Positions 27,994-30,953 of a stretch of 30,953 nt of DNA are shown here, one piece after another. The position numbers and the translations under genes are program-made. The first letter of the stretch is position 1. Every line of letters begins with the position of its first letter. The stretch comes from a virus. The notes under the pieces are model-generated. The model was not told the DNA's origin, searched no databases, and saw only the letters and a program-made list of their open reading frames with translations. The stretch lies in the IMG/VR virus record IMGVR_UViG_3300045988_046576, positions 1 to 30,953 of that record. One strand, given 5' to 3'.

Positions 27994-28647
27994 ATGGAAT
28001 ATAGAAACGTATTACTTATATCGGAAGATTACATTAAGTCAGAAAGCAATTTAGATAACAACATTTCTGGCAAATATCTTCAAAGTGCTATTAAACTAGC
28101 ACAAGACATAGAACTGCAGTCTTTAATTGGAACTAAGCTATTAGAGGCATTACAAAAGAAATGTATTGACTGAGTAGATCCAAGTGTTGAAGATGCAGTT
28201 GCAGATTCAATAGATGATCCAGATAATATTAAGTATAAAGAACTATTAGATTACTATGTTACTCCATTCTTGTTATTTCAAGTATTGTCAGAAGTAATCG
28301 TTCCTATTACTTATAAGCTAAGTAATTTTGGAGTTATGAGAACTGATGATGAGAAAGATATAGCTGCAGATGCAAGTCAAGTTAATCTATTACGTAAATA
28401 TTACAAAGATAAAGCAGATTTCTTTAAAGCAAGATTACAAGATTGGGTTATTACATATTATAATGATTTTCCTGAATTATATTCATATAAACCATTAAAA
28501 GATATGTATCCTAATTTATATAGCGCAAGTAGCTGCGGTATTTGGTTAGGTGGTGCTAGAGGTAAGGGATTTTATACTAATCCAAATATAGGACCTTTAC
28601 AGAGAGCTTATGATTTCCCAAGTTCAAATAACAATAAAAAGAAATAG
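27994..28647 (+). CDS. putative head-tail connector / head completion protein (217 aa)
   Basis: MEYRNVLLISEDYIKSESNLDNNISGKYLQSAIKLAQDIELQSLIGTKLLEAL... resembles gp6-like connector N-termini by eye. One TGA (IDWVD). Confidence 0.35.
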
Positions 28648-28648
28648 T

Positions 28649-29074
28649 ATGACATATTATGAAATAATCAATGGGCTAAAAGAATCTGCTCTTATGGAGC
28701 CTAATATTAATTTCGCTGGCAGTAAAGATATCTATGAGTTAAATAGCCTTCCTAATATAGATTATAATGTATTCTATATAACTCCAAATACATTTAATCT
28801 TGATGAAGATACTATTACATACTCATTGAATCTTTACTATGTTGCCAGATGAGATGAAACAGACGAGAATCAACTTGAAGAACAGTCTGCTGGAATTTTA
28901 GCTCTTACAAATATAATTAACCGATTTAATAACATCTATCCTGATGTTCAATTATCTTACCCTTTAATATTTACTCCATTTTATCAAAAGTTCAAAGATA
29001 TATGTACTGGAATATTTGTAAGAGTAGATATAATGGTAGATAATGTATTAGGAGTTTGTACAGAGACTATGTAA
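28649..29074 (+). CDS. hypothetical virion-module protein (141 aa)
   Basis: The start is moved to ATG 28649 (MTYYEIING...). The TGA at 28850-28852 is read through, and TAA 29072-29074 overlaps the next ATG (TAATG). Confidence 0.45.
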
Positions 29075-29730
29075 TGGAAAACAAATTAAAATGATTCGGA
29101 CAGGTACTTGATTGAGTTAATAAATACGGGTTATGACAGATTATAAAAGGCGGATTTGCATTTATATTTGTATCTTATGTCTTTATAATCTCTCTAAATC
29201 CAGGCATTATATATGATAAGGTTGCTACTTACATAGAAAATGTCCATAACGTTAAGCAAGTAACCAGACAAGATGCAGACATCAAAATACGTTACATCTT
29301 GAAAGATTTAAGAGTATCTACAAATGCAGATAGAGCTTGAGTTATTGAATACCATAATGGTACATCTGGATTAGGAGGACTTCCATTTACATACGGAATT
29401 ATGAATAACGAAGAATTAGAAGAAGGAGTGTGTTCAGTATCTAGACATTATAGAGACTTCTTGTTATCTGAGTATTTGTTTATTTTGGAGACTTCTAAAC
29501 AAGGTGGATGAATAGGTAGTGTTGAGGATATAAAACAGTATGATACAAAAATGTACTATTCGTTTAAATCTAATGGTATTAATAAATTAGCTTTATTTTA
29601 TTTAAAATCGGAAGATAGAGATATTGGAGTAGTCGGCCTTTCATATTGTGATAATGAGATGCCAGAAGATACTTGAGTTAAATTAAGAGATGCAGGAATA
29701 AAGATAAGCATAATTTTAAATAAAAAGTAA
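29074..29730 (+). CDS. N-terminally membrane-anchored protein, possible sensor (GAF-like) domain; lysis-cassette associated (218 aa)
   Basis: This gene is completely invisible in the standard-code track. All six Trp codons are TGA. It has a TM segment GGFAFIFVSYVFIISL, and the soluble part ...ADRAWVIEYHNGTSGLGGLPF...DIGVVGLSY... is weakly GAF-like by eye. Confidence 0.5.
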
Positions 29731-29731
29731 T

Positions 29732-29893
29732 ATGAAGTATTGGGTAAAGTATTTAATCGCAGTTGTGATAATTATTGCAGTTTTGGTATTAGTAAAAGTA
29801 ATTCCTTTCTGGATTACTATGGTATTACTTGCTTTAGCAGTAGGTAGCCATTTATTTTACAGATATCTAACACTTAAAGATATTATAAAATAA
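29732..29893 (+). CDS. putative holin, two TM segments (53 aa)
   Basis: MKYWVKYLIAVVIIIAVLVLVKVIPFWITMVLLALAVGSHLFYRYLTLKDIIK. A TAATG overlap couples it to the endolysin gene. Confidence 0.5.
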   Translation: MKYWVKYLIAVVIIIAVLVLVKVIPFWITMVLLALAVGSHLFYRYLTLKDIIK

Positions 29894-30342
29894 TGAAGTA
29901 TTTTACAGTAGAGGAGTTAACTGAATCATCTACAGCAATTAAGGAAAATATAGACAACACTCCAAGTAAGGAGATCACTGAACACCTAATTGAGTTAATA
30001 GAGGAACTCTTAGACCCTATTAGAGAAAAATGGGCAGAGTATTGTAATATTAATAAACTTGGAAATCCAGCAATAAGTGTAAGTTCAGGTTATAGATGCA
30101 AAGAGCTTAATAAAGCTGTAAATGGTTCAGTTACATCTGCACATATGACGGGTTATGCTGCAGACCTTCAAAATGTCTCTGGAAGTAGAGAAGAGTTTTA
30201 TCAATTCCTATTAAACTTTTTGAAGGATAGAAATTTCGATGAATGTTTTATAGAAAAAAGTCGTACATCTCAATGAGTGCATATTGCTTTATATAGTATT
30301 AAAGGACTACAACGAAGAAAAAAAGGTAATTTGTATGTATAG
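29893..30342 (+). CDS. endolysin, peptidase M15 (VanY / L-Ala-D-Glu peptidase-like), 149 aa
   Basis: It has SGYRCKELNKAV, SAHMTGYAAD and, after reading TGA 30274-30276 as Trp, WVHIA. These are the Zn-binding H/D/H motifs of M15 peptidases. Stop is TAG 30340-30342. Confidence 0.75.
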
Positions 30343-30953
30343 TATCTATGTTCATATAAATAAATTAAATCATAAAATGTATTTTGGGATCACCAAACAA
30401 AATCCAAAAAGACGTTTTAGAGACGGAGAAGGTTATAAAAGTTGTACAAAATTCTACAAAGCAATACAGAAATATGGCTGAGATAATTTCGAGCACATTA
30501 TAATCAAAACAGATATGCCAAAAGAATGTGCAGAGACTTTAGAGAAGATATTAATCTATAAATATGACACCATAAATTCTGGATATAATTTAGATGGCGG
30601 AGGTAATTTACATTTAGCAACTAAAGAAAGTAAAATAAAAAGCTCAGAATCACACAAAGGAAAGAAACTATCACAAAGTACTAAAGATAAACTACGTATT
30701 TCTACTACAGAATTGTGAAAAGACCCTATTTATAGATCTAAATGCCAATCTAAGAAAGGCCGAAACGTTCCTCCAGTAAGTGAAAATACTAAAGAGAAAA
30801 TAAGTGATTCAATTAAAAAACTATGACTTAATGATGAATATGTAAATAAGTGTAAGAAAGGTCTAGAAACATATCATAAAATGCATAGTAAACCAATACG
30901 GGCAATTAATGAAGATGTGGTTTTGGAGTTCGATTCTGTATCTGAAGCTGTAC
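30335..30953 (+). CDS. GIY-YIG homing endonuclease, N-terminal part (3' end cut by window edge)
   Basis: MYSIYVHINKLNHKMYFGITKQNPKRRFRDGEGYK...AIQKYGWDNFEH...SGYNLDGGG, then NUMOD3-like repeats and the start of an IENR1-like motif. Three Trp codons so far, all TGA. Confidence 0.8.

Noticed and set aside
26359-28647. The portal gene could be split by the GIY-YIG insertion, with 27994-28647 being its C-terminal half.
   Set aside because: The 27994 ORF has its own ATG and an N-terminus resembling connector or head-completion proteins, and it is in a different frame. The portal ORF ends with a proper TAA. This needs an HMM alignment to exclude fully.
1-30953. The many short, same-frame ORF fragments could indicate a decayed prophage full of pseudogenes.
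   Set aside because: The only interrupting codon is TGA. Interruptions fall at conserved Trp positions, with paralogs showing TGG. No TAA or TAG interrupts the joined frames, and gene packing is tight with coupled starts and stops. Recoding explains everything without invoking decay.
1-30953. TGA might encode Gly (code 25, SR1/Gracilibacteria-type) rather than Trp.
   Set aside because: TGA aligns with TGG in paralogous motifs within this window (KYGWDNFEH, NLEWCT). It also completes Trp-containing motifs (WVH of M15 peptidase, C-terminal WKY of the endonucleases). Gly would not fit these.
1-30953. The host could be a Mollicute (native code 4), given low GC and TGA = Trp.
   Set aside because: This is tentatively rejected for three reasons. 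There are three exact TTTG-N20-TAnnTTTG promoters in the control region. There are no Shine-Dalgarno motifs upstream of genes (A/T-rich leaders instead). BACON-like and CarboxypepD_reg-like domains fit Bacteroidota better. It cannot be excluded without host prediction such as CRISPR spacers or k-mers.
30335-30953. Both window ends lie in GIY-YIG ORFs and the codon phases are compatible (terminal c plus initial ct gives cct). The window could therefore be a complete circular genome cut inside one endonuclease gene.
   Set aside because: Phase compatibility has a one-in-three chance. The right end stops inside an IENR1-like motif that normally ends such proteins. The left end begins with NUMOD3 repeats followed by a second IENR1-like motif, and the junction peptide (SEAVPTDGGDG) does not continue the motif. 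Two different endonuclease genes are more likely. This is worth checking only with contig-end overlap or read pairs.
1-30953. I searched by eye for tRNA genes, CRISPR arrays, integrase/att sites and a DNA polymerase.
   Set aside because: None were found. Intergenic gaps are too short, except 17746-17941 and 3227-3518, and neither contains T-loop-like GTTCNANNC motifs or cloverleaf potential. No regularly spaced repeats were seen other than those reported.

Overview
This window is an AT-rich (about 30% GC by eye), densely packed segment of a tailed dsDNA phage. The fragmented ORF track is an artefact of the genetic code: TGA is read as tryptophan here (code-4-like). By hand count, about 58 in-frame TGAs sit inside otherwise continuous genes. 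Several fall at positions where a paralog in the same window has TGG. Every gene I model ends in TAA or TAG, never TGA. Re-read this way, the window contains the following modules.

- **Leftward module (703-3226):** TGA-free, with an SF2 helicase and small ORFs. It is driven from a divergent control region carrying three exact matches to the Bacteroidota promoter consensus TTTG-N20-TAnnTTTG.
- **Rightward block (3519-8273):** a membrane protein, a PD-(D/E)xK-like nuclease, a sigma factor split into separate region-2 and region-4 ORFs, small and large terminase, and a gene needing a -1 shift at a T9 run.
- **Tail module (8366-17745):** a BACON-like 728-aa protein, a 1150-aa protein and a 923-aa tape-measure-like protein.
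- **Head module (18468-21150):** an XkdF-like protease, scaffold, HK97-fold capsid protein and a putative tube protein.
- **Fibre and adhesin genes (21225-25137):** a BspA-type LRR protein and a repeat-rich tail fibre.
- **Right end (25289-30342):** portal, connector genes and a lysis cassette.

Eight free-standing homing endonucleases (5 GIY-YIG, 3 HNH) are wedged between essential genes. A strictly spaced 43-nt bipartite motif occurs four times, always on the + strand, at operon boundaries. It is my best candidate for a phage-specific promoter, possibly read by the split sigma.

No tRNA, rRNA, CRISPR array, integrase or polymerase was seen. All domain calls are by-eye motif recognition and no searches were run. 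Absence of Shine-Dalgarno motifs, BACON-like and CarboxypepD_reg-like domains and the promoter matches point to a Bacteroidota host. That makes the origin of TGA decoding the key open question.
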